Shown here: positions 39,929-48,787 of the stretch, piece by piece | Layout of the letters: each line of letters begins with the position of its first letter | How positions within the stretch are numbered: the first letter of the stretch is position 1 | Assembly: GCA_965198645.1 (NCBI GenBank) | Contig: OZ240670.1 | Span: 1,608,984 to 1,672,983, forward strand | Direction: 5' to 3' | DNA from: Acidobacteriaceae bacterium | Lineage (GTDB): Bacteria; Acidobacteriota; Terriglobia; Terriglobales; Acidobacteriaceae | Length of the DNA: 64,000 nt | Translations under genes and position numbers: made by a program | Notes under the pieces: model-generated | What the model saw: the letters and a program-made list of their open reading frames with translations, nothing else | The model's database searches: none | What the model was told of the DNA's origin: nothing

Positions 39929-41284
39929 CTAGCAGCGGACAATCTTCTCGCTCACGATGCCCTTGGTGGCATTGCGTGTATCGACGATTAGCTGCGACTC
40001 TTCGACGATCCGCGCATAGTCGTAGTCCGAATGATCGGTCGCGATCAGCACGCAGTCATAGCCGGCCAGCTCGGTAAGCGGCGCGCAGGTCATATTCAGG
40101 TCGTAATGGCGCCCACGGCCTACGGTCGGGAAGTAGGGGTCGTTGTAGCTGACCTCAGCTCCACGCTGGCGCAGCATCTCGATGATAGGCAGCGAGGGCG
40201 ACTCGCGAAGGTCATCGATGTCACGCTTGTAACTCAAGCCGAGCACCAGGATGCGGGAGCCGTTCACTGCTTTGCGTGCACGGTTCAGCGCTTCGGTGGT
40301 TTGCTGGACGACATAGGCGGGCATCGCCTCATTGACCTCCCCGGCCAGCTCGATAAAACGAGTGCGAAAATCAAACTGCTTCGCCTTCCATGAGAGATAA
40401 AACGGGTCGATGGGGATGCAGTGGCCGCCCAAGCCGGGTCCCGGATAGAAGGCCTGGAAGCCAAAAGGCTTGGTCTTCGCCGCATCGATGACCTCGAAAA
40501 GATCGATGTGCATGCGCAGGCAGAGCTGTTTCAGTTCGTTGACCAGAGCAATATTTACGCATCGATAAATGTTCTCGAGTAGCTTTGTCATCTCGGCTGC
40601 GGCCGGCGAGCTGACTGGGACGGTCTGGTTGAAGATAGAGCCGTAGAGCGCAGCGGCGAGCTCGCCTGCGGCCGACCCATAGCTGCCGATTACCTTCGGT
40701 ATATCGCGCCGGGCGACGGTGTCATTGCCCGGATCCTCGCGCTCCGGGGAGAAGGCCACATAGAAGCCCGGCTGGTCGGCTGAGCTGCTCGCGCGCAGTC
40801 CGTCAGGGGCACCTGTCTCAAGCAACGGGATTAGAACCTCTTCCGTTGTTCCAGGATAGGTTGTGCTCTCAAGCAGGATGATCTGGCCGGGGCGGAGGTG
40901 CGGTGCGATCGCTTCTGCAGTCTGGCGGATATAGCTAAGGTCCGGCTCATGGTACTCGTTGAGCGGTGTGGGCACGCAGATCAACACGGCATCCATCGCT
41001 GAAACGGCGCTGTAATCAGCTGTCGCCTGAAAGCCATTCTGCTGCGCTGCCTGGATTTCGGTGCCAGGGATTCTGACGATATAGGAGCCGCCCTCGTTCA
41101 ACGTCTCAACCTTTTTGAGATCGATGTCGAAGCCGGTGACCGGAAAGCGCTCTTCCGAAAAGAGCAACGCAAGCGGCAGCCCTACATAGCCCATACCGAC
41201 GATACCGATGCGTGCGGCACGGGCCTCTATGCGGCTGCGTGTCTGTTCAAAAGGGGAGAGGGTGACGGTGCTGGTGTATGTCAT
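39929..41284 (-). CDS. nucleotide-sugar dehydrogenase (UDP-N-acetyl-D-glucosamine/mannosamine 6-dehydrogenase family)
   Basis: IGIVGMGYVGLPLA, ESTTYPGTT, SPEREDPG, and GLGGHCIPIDP containing the catalytic Cys. Confidence 0.85.
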   Translation of the reverse strand: MTYTSTVTLSPFEQTRSRIEARAARIGIVGMGYVGLPLALLFSEERFPVTGFDIDLKKVETLNEGGSYIVRIPGTEIQAAQQNGFQATADYSAVSAMDAVLICVPTPLNEYHEPDLSYIRQTAEAIAPHLRPGQIILLESTTYPGTTEEVLIPLLETGAPDGLRASSSADQPGFYVAFSPEREDPGNDTVARRDIPKVIGSYGSAAGELAAALYGSIFNQTVPVSSPAAAEMTKLLENIYRCVNIALVNELKQLCLRMHIDLFEVIDAAKTKPFGFQAFYPGPGLGGHCIPIDPFYLSWKAKQFDFRTRFIELAGEVNEAMPAYVVQQTTEALNRARKAVNGSRILVLGLSYKRDIDDLRESPSLPIIEMLRQRGAEVSYNDPYFPTVGRGRHYDLNMTCAPLTELAGYDCVLIATDHSDYDYARIVEESQLIVDTRNATKGIVSEKIVRC

Positions 41285-41363
41285 CGGGACCTTCTCTTAC
41301 TATACCGGCCCCTGCGTCAACGAATTTGATGGTTCCCGCGCGACTCCGGCCTTGGCTTGGGTG

Positions 41364-42029
41364 TTAGTGCAGGTGGCCTTGTGATTCCGACCCTACCGCA
41401 TTAAGAAAGGCTTGCAGTAAGTCGATACGAGGCGCAGCCAGACGGCGCGTCGTATCCAAGCGTATGCGCCCGGGCAGGTCAGCAAGGTTGCGCTCGAGGA
41501 AAGCGACGACCGGCGTAAAGGTGCCGTAGCGCGTGTCGCGGCCAACCTTGGCGACGGCTCGCAGGATGCCAACAGCCCCAAGCTGCTCAAGAATATCGGC
41601 GTCGCGCAGGATGACCGCTTCCAGGCTCGCTGGCGTGTCCTGCGGCTGATGGGTGCGGATGGCCTCCAGCACCGCGGGGATCTTCTGTTCTGGAAAGCCT
41701 GCCTCGCGCAGGATCACCGGCGATCTCTCAATCGTATACATCACGTGATTCCAGCGAGAAAGGAGCTCAGGTTCTTCCGGTCTGTGGCCGATGAAGACAC
41801 CAAGATCGTGTAGATAAGCGGCAGCGAAGACCACATCATCATCGTAGACGGCGCCTTCGCCGACCAGGCGGCAGAGCGCGTAGAGGCGGGGCTGGTGGCC
41901 GTACTTGTCGGCTGGGAGCGCCTGGCTACGGATCAGGTGATTAAGCACGGCGCGGTAACCAGGCTCTAAGCCAGGGTCAGTGCGGCGGCCCGCAGAGTCG
42001 GAGACTGGATCGTGCGGAAGGTCGGTCAT
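41364..42029 (-). CDS. HD-domain metal-dependent phosphohydrolase
   Basis: AAYLHDLGVF is the HD motif. 221 aa. Confidence 0.65.
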   Translation of the reverse strand: MTDLPHDPVSDSAGRRTDPGLEPGYRAVLNHLIRSQALPADKYGHQPRLYALCRLVGEGAVYDDDVVFAAAYLHDLGVFIGHRPEEPELLSRWNHVMYTIERSPVILREAGFPEQKIPAVLEAIRTHQPQDTPASLEAVILRDADILEQLGAVGILRAVAKVGRDTRYGTFTPVVAFLERNLADLPGRIRLDTTRRLAAPRIDLLQAFLNAVGSESQGHLH

Positions 42030-42200
42030 CTCGCGGGTACTCTCACTGAGGAGTGTACCCTGGGTGGCTGGTGTGTGTAGGACCGGAGAGTAACTGGAGA
42101 GTCTTGGTGCATTGCTAAGAGGGTCGCCCGTCTTCCTTAGAGTCGATACCTCAGGCGCCAGATCGAGCGTAGTTATTACCCGTAAAAAACGCCCGCATTC

Positions 42201-42228
42201 GTAACCAAGCTGGTTACAAAATGGTTAC
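42201..42228. promoter_or_regulatory. operator-like site: perfect inverted repeat GTAACCA-N3-TGGTTAC plus a third TGGTTAC half-site
   Basis: The sequence gtaaccaagctggttacaaaatggttac lies in the 630-bp gap between the divergent HD gene and the priming glycosyltransferase. Coordinates are hand-counted, +/-1. Confidence 0.3.
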
Positions 42229-42656
42229 CACAGATGGTCTCGACAAAGCGCACAATGAGGGTGCGCGCGTGGCAGAATAGGTGGCTGACAGCAGTGGTTT
42301 TACCGCAAAACAGGTAGGTTTGCAACGGGTCCGACTCAGTACCGATGGCATCAGGTGAGATTGAGAAAAGACGAAGAAAGACATGCAATGTTAAGTGGAA
42401 TAGGGTACATTCGAGTTGATCAGCGGGGGGCCCGCAGGGTGCGGACGGCCCATCCTGAGCCAGGCCCTCGGGTTCGGCAGCAGGTGGTGCGGGGCGCGGC
42501 GCGTCGCTGGAGTTTAGTTTCTGATGCACCCGCAGTTACTTCTGCAGCGACGGTAATCAGCTCATGCGTTCCGCGGCCGGAGTTACCCCTAGCATCGGCC
42601 TGCTCTGATCCCGTTACACCGCTGCACGCGGACGAACTTCGAAGGCGAACACGGAC

Positions 42657-44174
42657 ATGTCTACCTCGGAGTACATCAGGAGCAGCGAAGCGGGCCAGCA
42701 TCCGGCTCCGGCTCAGGAGCCGCCCGCGGTGAGTACTCCGCGCAAGCACGCCAACCCGGCTCTAGCTTCGGCAGCACTGATGATGCTGACCGACATGTGT
42801 GTTACCCTTGGCGCTTTTTCGATCGCGCTGCTGCTCCACTTCTACGTGCTCGCCAAGCTGCCGTTCTTCCGCGATCTGCCCATCAATGTGACGCCTCACG
42901 CGTCGGATCTCTGGTACCTCTCAGGCTTCCTGCTGGTGCTGCTGGTTGTGCTAAGGCGCTACGGCCTGTACAACGGGGTTCCGGATCGCAGCGCGGCCCA
43001 TGAGCAGCGGCTGATCGCCCAGGCCTGCTTCACGGCCGGGCTACTGCTCTGCGGCTGGCTCTACATGGCCAACAATGCAGAGCTCTCGCGGTTGCTAGTC
43101 GTTGTTCTCGTGGTGACCACGGCGGTTGCGTTGGGCATTCGCCGGGCCGTGTGGCGTGCAGTTCGCTTCGCGCACTACGCCAAGGGCGTGGAGACACGCA
43201 ACGTCGTCATCCTGGGCACCAGTCATCTCAGCAGCGCGATGGGCCAGCAGATTGAAGATGATTACCACCTCGGCTATCAGCTGTGTGGCTTTATCGGGGC
43301 GCCCGGCTGCGATGGCGAAGGCGAGGTACCGTCCAAGCGGGTGCTTGGCAACCTTGATCGCCTCCGCGAGCTGACCCGTATGCACTTCATCGATGAGGTG
43401 GTGATTGCGCAACCGTGCCCGCTTGAGACTGTCATCGATCTGGTTGAGCAGGCGCATGATCTCGAGATTGACGTCCGTGCGATCTCCGGCTTCTATGGCG
43501 AGCTGACTCACAATGCCGGTATCGAGTACCTGGGCGTCTATCCGGTGGTCTCTCTCTACCGGCGCAATCCACGCATCATTGCCTTCTTTCTTAAGCGGGT
43601 CGTTGATATTGCGCTCTCACTCGCGGCGCTGATCGCTGTCTTTCCGCTGATGCTCTGCATCTCGCTCGCGGTGATCCTGGACTCGCGCGGGCCCGTGTTT
43701 TATGTCTCGGAGCGGATCGGCAAGCGGGGTCGAGTCTTCCCCTGCTTCAAGTTCCGTACCATGGTGCGCGATGCCGAAGCTAAAAAGCGCGAGCTCGCCA
43801 AGCATAACGAGCGCGATAGCATTCTGTTTAAGATGACCAAGGATCCGCGCGTGACCCGCACCGGTCGTTTCCTGCGCAAGTACTCGCTCGATGAACTGCC
43901 GCAGTTCTTCAACGTGCTGCGCGGCGAGATGTCAATCGTCGGGCCGCGGCCGCCGATTGCCAGCGAGGTTGCCAAGTATGCGCTTGAGCACTTCCGCCGA
44001 CTGGAAGTCTTGCCCGGTCTCACCGGGCTGTGGCAGGTGCAGGCGCGGCACGACTCTTCCTTTGCCCGCTATATTGCTCTCGATACCGCATATGTGGAAA
44101 ACTGGAGTTTCTGGCTCGACCTGAAGATCCTGCTCCGCACGGCTCATGTTGTTTTACGCGGAACCGGCACCTGA
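42657..44174 (+). CDS. polyprenyl-phosphate glycosyl-1-phosphate transferase, large WbaP/WcaJ type (priming enzyme)
   Basis: N-terminal TM bundle, a central CoA_binding_3-like region, and a C-terminal Bac_transf domain (KFRTM, DELPQFFNVLRGEMSIVGPRP). Confidence 0.9.
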   Translation: MSTSEYIRSSEAGQHPAPAQEPPAVSTPRKHANPALASAALMMLTDMCVTLGAFSIALLLHFYVLAKLPFFRDLPINVTPHASDLWYLSGFLLVLLVVLRRYGLYNGVPDRSAAHEQRLIAQACFTAGLLLCGWLYMANNAELSRLLVVVLVVTTAVALGIRRAVWRAVRFAHYAKGVETRNVVILGTSHLSSAMGQQIEDDYHLGYQLCGFIGAPGCDGEGEVPSKRVLGNLDRLRELTRMHFIDEVVIAQPCPLETVIDLVEQAHDLEIDVRAISGFYGELTHNAGIEYLGVYPVVSLYRRNPRIIAFFLKRVVDIALSLAALIAVFPLMLCISLAVILDSRGPVFYVSERIGKRGRVFPCFKFRTMVRDAEAKKRELAKHNERDSILFKMTKDPRVTRTGRFLRKYSLDELPQFFNVLRGEMSIVGPRPPIASEVAKYALEHFRRLEVLPGLTGLWQVQARHDSSFARYIALDTAYVENWSFWLDLKILLRTAHVVLRGTGT

Positions 44175-44281
44175 GTTCCAACTTCCTTCCAGGCGAATCC
44201 GGCCGAGTCTCGGTCATATCGCGAAACAGTGCTGCGTTCTAAGTCACTCTTTCTTGAGATGAGCCCGCAGGGTATCTTTCC

Positions 44282-44296
44282 GGATAACCGTTATCC
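44282..44296. promoter_or_regulatory. 15-nt perfect palindrome upstream of a small stand-alone gene
   Basis: ggataac-c-gttatcc. It lies about 120 nt upstream of the ATG at 44418, in a GC-poor spacer. Confidence 0.25.
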
Positions 44297-44417
44297 TATT
44301 GATTTTGGAAGCCAAGATGCTTAAAATGGGAGAATTACCGGGAACGCACGGCTGCTCAGCCGAGCGTTATTTGATTTGTCGTCCCCCGGTTTATCTCAGC
44401 CAAAGGCAATTGAAGAT

Positions 44418-44645
44418 ATGGCAAAGCGACGTGGTAATCCGAACTGGGGCAAGCCTGAGCCGATAGGCCCAGTCGTTCCGACGGTGACCTCTTTCGAGCT
44501 GGTCGTGAAGGAGTTCAAGTTGACCCCGGATCAGTATGTACGTTCAACCCGCCTTCGGGAGTGGGCGCGTAGGAATCGCAACTCGAAGTACATCCCGGAA
44601 GCTCTGCTGGAAGCGTGGGGCTTTGAGATCGAGTCAACACTGTAG
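44418..44645 (+). CDS. small basic hypothetical protein (75 aa)
   Basis: MAKRRGNPNWGKPEP...KYIPEALLEAWGFEIESTL. The ORF opens at TTG 44376. Its own intrinsic terminator follows. Confidence 0.5.
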   Translation: MAKRRGNPNWGKPEPIGPVVPTVTSFELVVKEFKLTPDQYVRSTRLREWARRNRNSKYIPEALLEAWGFEIESTL

Positions 44646-44700
44646 GCCTAGCAGGAAAGTGAGTGGACGCTTCCACTCCGAGCCATTCGAGATCGAAAGC

Positions 44701-44737
44701 AACGCCATCGCAAGCCGTGCGGTGGCGTTTTCCTTTG
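44701..44737 (+). terminator. Rho-independent terminator
   Basis: 12-bp stem aacgccatcgca / tgcggtggcgtt with one G-U pair, a 5-nt loop, then TTTTCCTTTG. Confidence 0.7.
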
Positions 44738-44879
44738 TGCGGCAGCGGTGCCGCCACTCTCCCAGTCACAACCTCTGGGTGCCTTCACCTGCAATCGTTT
44801 GGCTCACCCCTGCGATACCCGGCTTCTTCCTTGTAGCGGGCTGCTTCCCTCAAAGGCCAAAAGAGCCGAGAATAGGGCC

Positions 44880-46121
44880 ATGGCATGGAAGCCTCCCTTT
44901 ACCGATGTTCCCGGCGCGATGGCTGACTTCAAGGCTGGCCGCATGGTGGTGGTGGTCGACGATGAAGACCGGGAGAATGAAGGTGATTTGACGCTGGCGG
45001 CCGAATTCGTCACCCCGGAAGCGGTGAACTTCATGGCCAAGCATGGCCGGGGACTCATTTGCCTCACGCTTACCGAGGAGCGGGCTGACTATCTGCGTCT
45101 GCACCCGATGACGCAGGAGAACTCCTCCCGCTTCGGTACCGCGTTTACAGAGAGCATTGAAGCACGTGAGGGTGTGACGACCGGGATCTCTGCCAGTGAC
45201 CGGGCTCACACCATCCGCGTGGCGGTAGCAGCGGGGTCCACGGCTGCTGATCTCGCCCGACCTGGCCACGTCTTTCCGCTCCGGGCGCGCAAGGGCGGAG
45301 TGCTGGTAAGGGCCGGCCAGACTGAGGCTTCGGTCGATATGGCGCGCATGGCTGGCCTGGTGCCGGCGGCTGTCATCTGCGAGATCATGAACGATGACGG
45401 CAGCATGGCCCGGATCGATGACCTCGTTCAGTTTTGCGAGATCCATGGTCTAAAGATGCTGACCGTGGCGGAGTTGATCCGCTACCGCATGCAGCATGAG
45501 CGGTCGATTCTGCGCGCGGCCGAGTCGACGCTGCCTACGGCCTATGGAGAGTTCCGGATGATCGCCTACGAGAGCGAGACCGAGCCCGCGCAGAGCCACG
45601 TCGCCTTGGTCATGGGCGAGGTCGCCCAGTCGGGAAGCGAGACCGGCCCGGACGCTGACCCGGTGCTGGTTCGTGTGCACAGTCACTGCCTGGCCGGCGA
45701 AGTCTTTGCATCCACATTCTGCGACTGTCAGGTAAGTGTCCAGCGCTCTCTGCGGGCGATCGCCGAAGCAGGCCGCGGCGCACTGATCTACCTTCACAAT
45801 GGCAGCCGGGGTTTTGAGATCGACCGCACCGCGCCACGCCCTCGCGTGCTTCCGCATCGAACCGAGTATCGGGAACAGCGCTACCGGGAGCAGCGGCCGG
45901 AGACCCATGACGACCGCCACCAGCGCATCTTGCGGCAGACCGGGCTGGGTGGCCAGATCCTCGCCGACCTCCAGATCCGCCGTATTCGGCTCATGTCAAA
46001 TACGCGTACCCACGTTCCCGCGCTGCAGGGCTTTGGGGTAGAGATTGTGGAGCAGGTGCCGGTGCCGGAGTTTGCCCGTACCGCCGAGTCACTCTTACGC
46101 ACATCGAGCAGCGCAGAGTAG
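44880..46121 (+). CDS. ribBA: 3,4-dihydroxy-2-butanone-4-phosphate synthase fused to a degenerate GTP-cyclohydrolase-II-like domain (RibBX-like)
   Basis: The DHBPS half is intact ([30 protein letters not shown]). The C-terminal half keeps [14 protein letters not shown] but lacks the EGRGIG/DTVEAN core. ATG at 44880. Confidence 0.85.
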   Translation: MAWKPPFTDVPGAMADFKAGRMVVVVDDEDRENEGDLTLAAEFVTPEAVNFMAKHGRGLICLTLTEERADYLRLHPMTQENSSRFGTAFTESIEAREGVTTGISASDRAHTIRVAVAAGSTAADLARPGHVFPLRARKGGVLVRAGQTEASVDMARMAGLVPAAVICEIMNDDGSMARIDDLVQFCEIHGLKMLTVAELIRYRMQHERSILRAAESTLPTAYGEFRMIAYESETEPAQSHVALVMGEVAQSGSETGPDADPVLVRVHSHCLAGEVFASTFCDCQVSVQRSLRAIAEAGRGALIYLHNGSRGFEIDRTAPRPRVLPHRTEYREQRYREQRPETHDDRHQRILRQTGLGGQILADLQIRRIRLMSNTRTHVPALQGFGVEIVEQVPVPEFARTAESLLRTSSSAE

Positions 46122-46127
46122 GACGCA

Positions 46128-48536
46128 ATGAAGTTGACCCAGACAAATACCATCCAGACAAACAACATCATCGGAAGTGGCCCGGTGCGTATCGACGGCC
46201 TCGCCAAAGTCACTGGTAAGGCGATCTTCGGGGCCGACCATCTGGTCGAACGCGCTGCACACGCTTGCCTGGTGACGGCGCCGATCGCCTGCGGGCGCAT
46301 CCGTTCGATTGACCAGGCAGCTGCGCGCAGCATGCCGGGCGTGCTCGAGATCCTGACCTACAAGAACGTGGGTAAAGAGATCAAGCCGGGCAAGGGTTTG
46401 CTGGAGGGTGGCTTCATGGGGCAATCCATCGCCCCGCTCGCATCGAACGAGATTCACTTTGCCGGGCAGATTCTCGCTGTCACAGTAGCCGAGACGCTGG
46501 AGGTGGCGCAGGCTGCCGCGGGAGCGCTGGTGATCGACTACAAGGCCGTGCCGGCCAGCCCGACGCTCGGCTCCCCGGGCACCAGGGAGGTCAAAGCCAA
46601 GGCACTGGGTGAGACCAAGCTCTCGGCTGGCGACCTGAAGCAAGGGCTGGCTGAAGCCGCTGCCGTGATCGACGCCTGGTATGAGACGCCTGCCCAGCAC
46701 CACAATCCGATGGAGCTCTTCCAAGCCACCTGTGCCTGGCAGGGGGACGAACTCACGGTGTGGGAGTCGACCCAGAGCGTGCGCGGTACCCAGTATGGCT
46801 TGGCGGAGCAGCTGGGCATCAAGCCTTCGCAGATCCACGTGATCTCGCCCTTCATCGGGGGCGCCTTCGGCTCGCGTGGGGAGATGGGCCAGCACACGGC
46901 CCTGGTCGCCCTGGCGGCCAAACGGTTGGGCCGCCCGGTCAAGCTGGTGGCAACGCGCGAGCAGGGTTTTACGCTACGGACCTTCCGGGCCGAGACCAGG
47001 CACCACCTGGTTCTGGGAGCCGACGCAGCCGGGCATCTGACCGCGCTCTCGCATGACAGCTGGGAGCTGACCAGTCGCTCCGAGCGCTTTGCTCTGGCTG
47101 GCTCCGATGCAACAGCCCGGCTCTACGCCTGCCCAAACGTCCGGACAAAGACCGTCAATGTCGAGGCTGACCGCCAGGCGCCCGGCTTCATGCGCGCTCC
47201 GCCGGAGGTTCCCTACATGTTCGCGATGGAGTCGGCGATGGATGAGCTGGCCTATGCGCTTGACATCGATCCGCTGGAGTTGCGTCGGCGCAATGAGACG
47301 TCGGTTGAAACGGTGACGAACAAGCCCTACACCAGCCGGTCGCTCGTGCGCTGCATGGACAAGGGCGCCCAGGTCTTTGGCTGGGCACGTCGTGATCCAC
47401 GCCCAGGCTCGATGCAGGAAGGCGCAGACCTGGTGGGATGGGGCTATGCGACAGCCTTCTACCCGGCGCAGATCGGACCCGCCGCCTGCCGGGTGACGAT
47501 CAGCCCGGATCTTCGGGCGATCGTGGAGATCGGAACGCATGAGATTGGCACCGGCGTGCGCACCGTGCTCGCGCAGACAGTCAGCGACCTGCTTGGTGTG
47601 GAGCTCGAGTCGGTCGAGGTAGTGATCGGCGACAGCCGCCTGCCGGCTGCACCGATGTCGGCTGGCTCGAACTCGACGGCCAGCGTCTGCACGGTAGTCG
47701 CGCTCGCTTGCGAGTCGCTGCGGCGGCGTATCGTGGGCGCGGCGGTCTCGGCTAGAAACAGCCCGCTGCAGGGTGCTGATCCGGCCGCGGTGCGGCTTGT
47801 TGCTGGCTGGCTTGTCCTCGGCGGGACGAGGGGCGGATCGAGGAACGGATCAAAGGGCGGATCGAGGGACGGCGGGGTTTCGCCCGAAGGACCGGCAGAA
47901 CCGCTTGAGGTCGCGGTGCGCCGAGCCGGGCGCGGACGCCCACTCATGCGCGCAGCGTCGAACAACCCGCATGGCGCGCCGCCCTTGATCGGCCCCGCGC
48001 TGGTCAGCCGTGGCAAGCCTATTCTGCTGGGTGGCGCGAACCTCAAAGACCGGATGCAGTTCGCCTTTGGCGCCCAGTTTGTCGAGGTGCGCATCAATCG
48101 CTTCACCGGCCAGATCCGTGTGCCTCGCATGGTGGGCGTCTTCACGGCCGGCCGCATCATGAACAGCCGAACCGCCCACTCCCAGCTGGTGGGCGGACAG
48201 ATCTGGGGGCTCTCTGCCGCCCTGCATGAGGCAACCGAGATCGACCTGGCCCAGGCTCGCTACATCAACCAGGATCTCTCGGAGTACCACGTCCCGGTGG
48301 CTGCCGACGTCGGTGAGATCGAGACCATCCTGCTGGACGAGGTCGATACCATCATCAATCCGCTTGGCATCAAGGGAGTCGGCGAGCTGGGGGTCACGGG
48401 CGTGAATGCTGCGATCGCGAACGCAGTCTTTCACGCGACCGGTGTGCGTCTGCGCCGGCTGCCTATCCGCGCCGGCGACACCTTCGCCGGCGGCGAGCCT
48501 CGGGCGCGCCTTGCTGCGGAGTCACCGGGACGCTGA
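46128..48536 (+). CDS. xanthine dehydrogenase/aldehyde oxidase-family molybdopterin-binding subunit (no adjacent FeS/FAD subunits)
   Basis: RIDGLAKVTGKA, SPFIGGAFG, GFMRAP, EIGTGVRT, and the C-terminal GVGELGVTGVNAAIANAVFHATG. Confidence 0.85.
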   Translation: MKLTQTNTIQTNNIIGSGPVRIDGLAKVTGKAIFGADHLVERAAHACLVTAPIACGRIRSIDQAAARSMPGVLEILTYKNVGKEIKPGKGLLEGGFMGQSIAPLASNEIHFAGQILAVTVAETLEVAQAAAGALVIDYKAVPASPTLGSPGTREVKAKALGETKLSAGDLKQGLAEAAAVIDAWYETPAQHHNPMELFQATCAWQGDELTVWESTQSVRGTQYGLAEQLGIKPSQIHVISPFIGGAFGSRGEMGQHTALVALAAKRLGRPVKLVATREQGFTLRTFRAETRHHLVLGADAAGHLTALSHDSWELTSRSERFALAGSDATARLYACPNVRTKTVNVEADRQAPGFMRAPPEVPYMFAMESAMDELAYALDIDPLELRRRNETSVETVTNKPYTSRSLVRCMDKGAQVFGWARRDPRPGSMQEGADLVGWGYATAFYPAQIGPAACRVTISPDLRAIVEIGTHEIGTGVRTVLAQTVSDLLGVELESVEVVIGDSRLPAAPMSAGSNSTASVCTVVALACESLRRRIVGAAVSARNSPLQGADPAAVRLVAGWLVLGGTRGGSRNGSKGGSRDGGVSPEGPAEPLEVAVRRAGRGRPLMRAASNNPHGAPPLIGPALVSRGKPILLGGANLKDRMQFAFGAQFVEVRINRFTGQIRVPRMVGVFTAGRIMNSRTAHSQLVGGQIWGLSAALHEATEIDLAQARYINQDLSEYHVPVAADVGEIETILLDEVDTIINPLGIKGVGELGVTGVNAAIANAVFHATGVRLRRLPIRAGDTFAGGEPRARLAAESPGR
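47831..47878. repeat. imperfect 24-nt tandem duplication in the coding sequence
   Basis: The units are gggcggatcgaggaacggatcaaa and gggcggatcgagggacggcggggt. They encode GGSRNGSK/GGSRDGGV in an apparent insertion. Confidence 0.6.
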
Positions 48537-48787
48537 GGGAGCCCTTTGCGTTGGAGTGGCAGCTGCCGGAGTGTGGGCCGCAGGCTGCCAGTTGATCGCC
48601 ACGAGAGACAACTGGGAAAACCAGGACGGTCGACCCTGGTGTGTCACTGCCGCGGTACTCGATGGCACAGTGAGAAAAGCTTGGGCCTGCTGTGCTGCCC
48701 CTTGACCTACGTACCGAACACCAAACGGCCCTTGCCGGACTTTCCGTGCTTATCCAACGGAAAAGCGGTACATTTCTGAGAGACAAC

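Noticed and set aside
38031-41284. Reading the dehydrogenase-aminotransferase-GNAT trio as a WbpA/WbpE/WbpD-like diacetamido-sugar pathway.
   Set aside because: The aminotransferase is an AlaC-type class I enzyme rather than a DegT/WbpE sugar aminotransferase. The acetyltransferase is a GNAT, not a left-handed beta-helix enzyme. No WbpB-type oxidoreductase is adjacent. The adjacency is probably coincidental.
44646-44879. Possible FMN (RFN) riboswitch upstream of ribBA.
   Set aside because: I could not find the conserved RFN core strings (AGGGTGAAATTCC, ACCGGCGGT, GACAGT, GTCTGGATG-like). The main structure there is the terminator of the preceding small gene. A cmscan with RF00050 would settle it.
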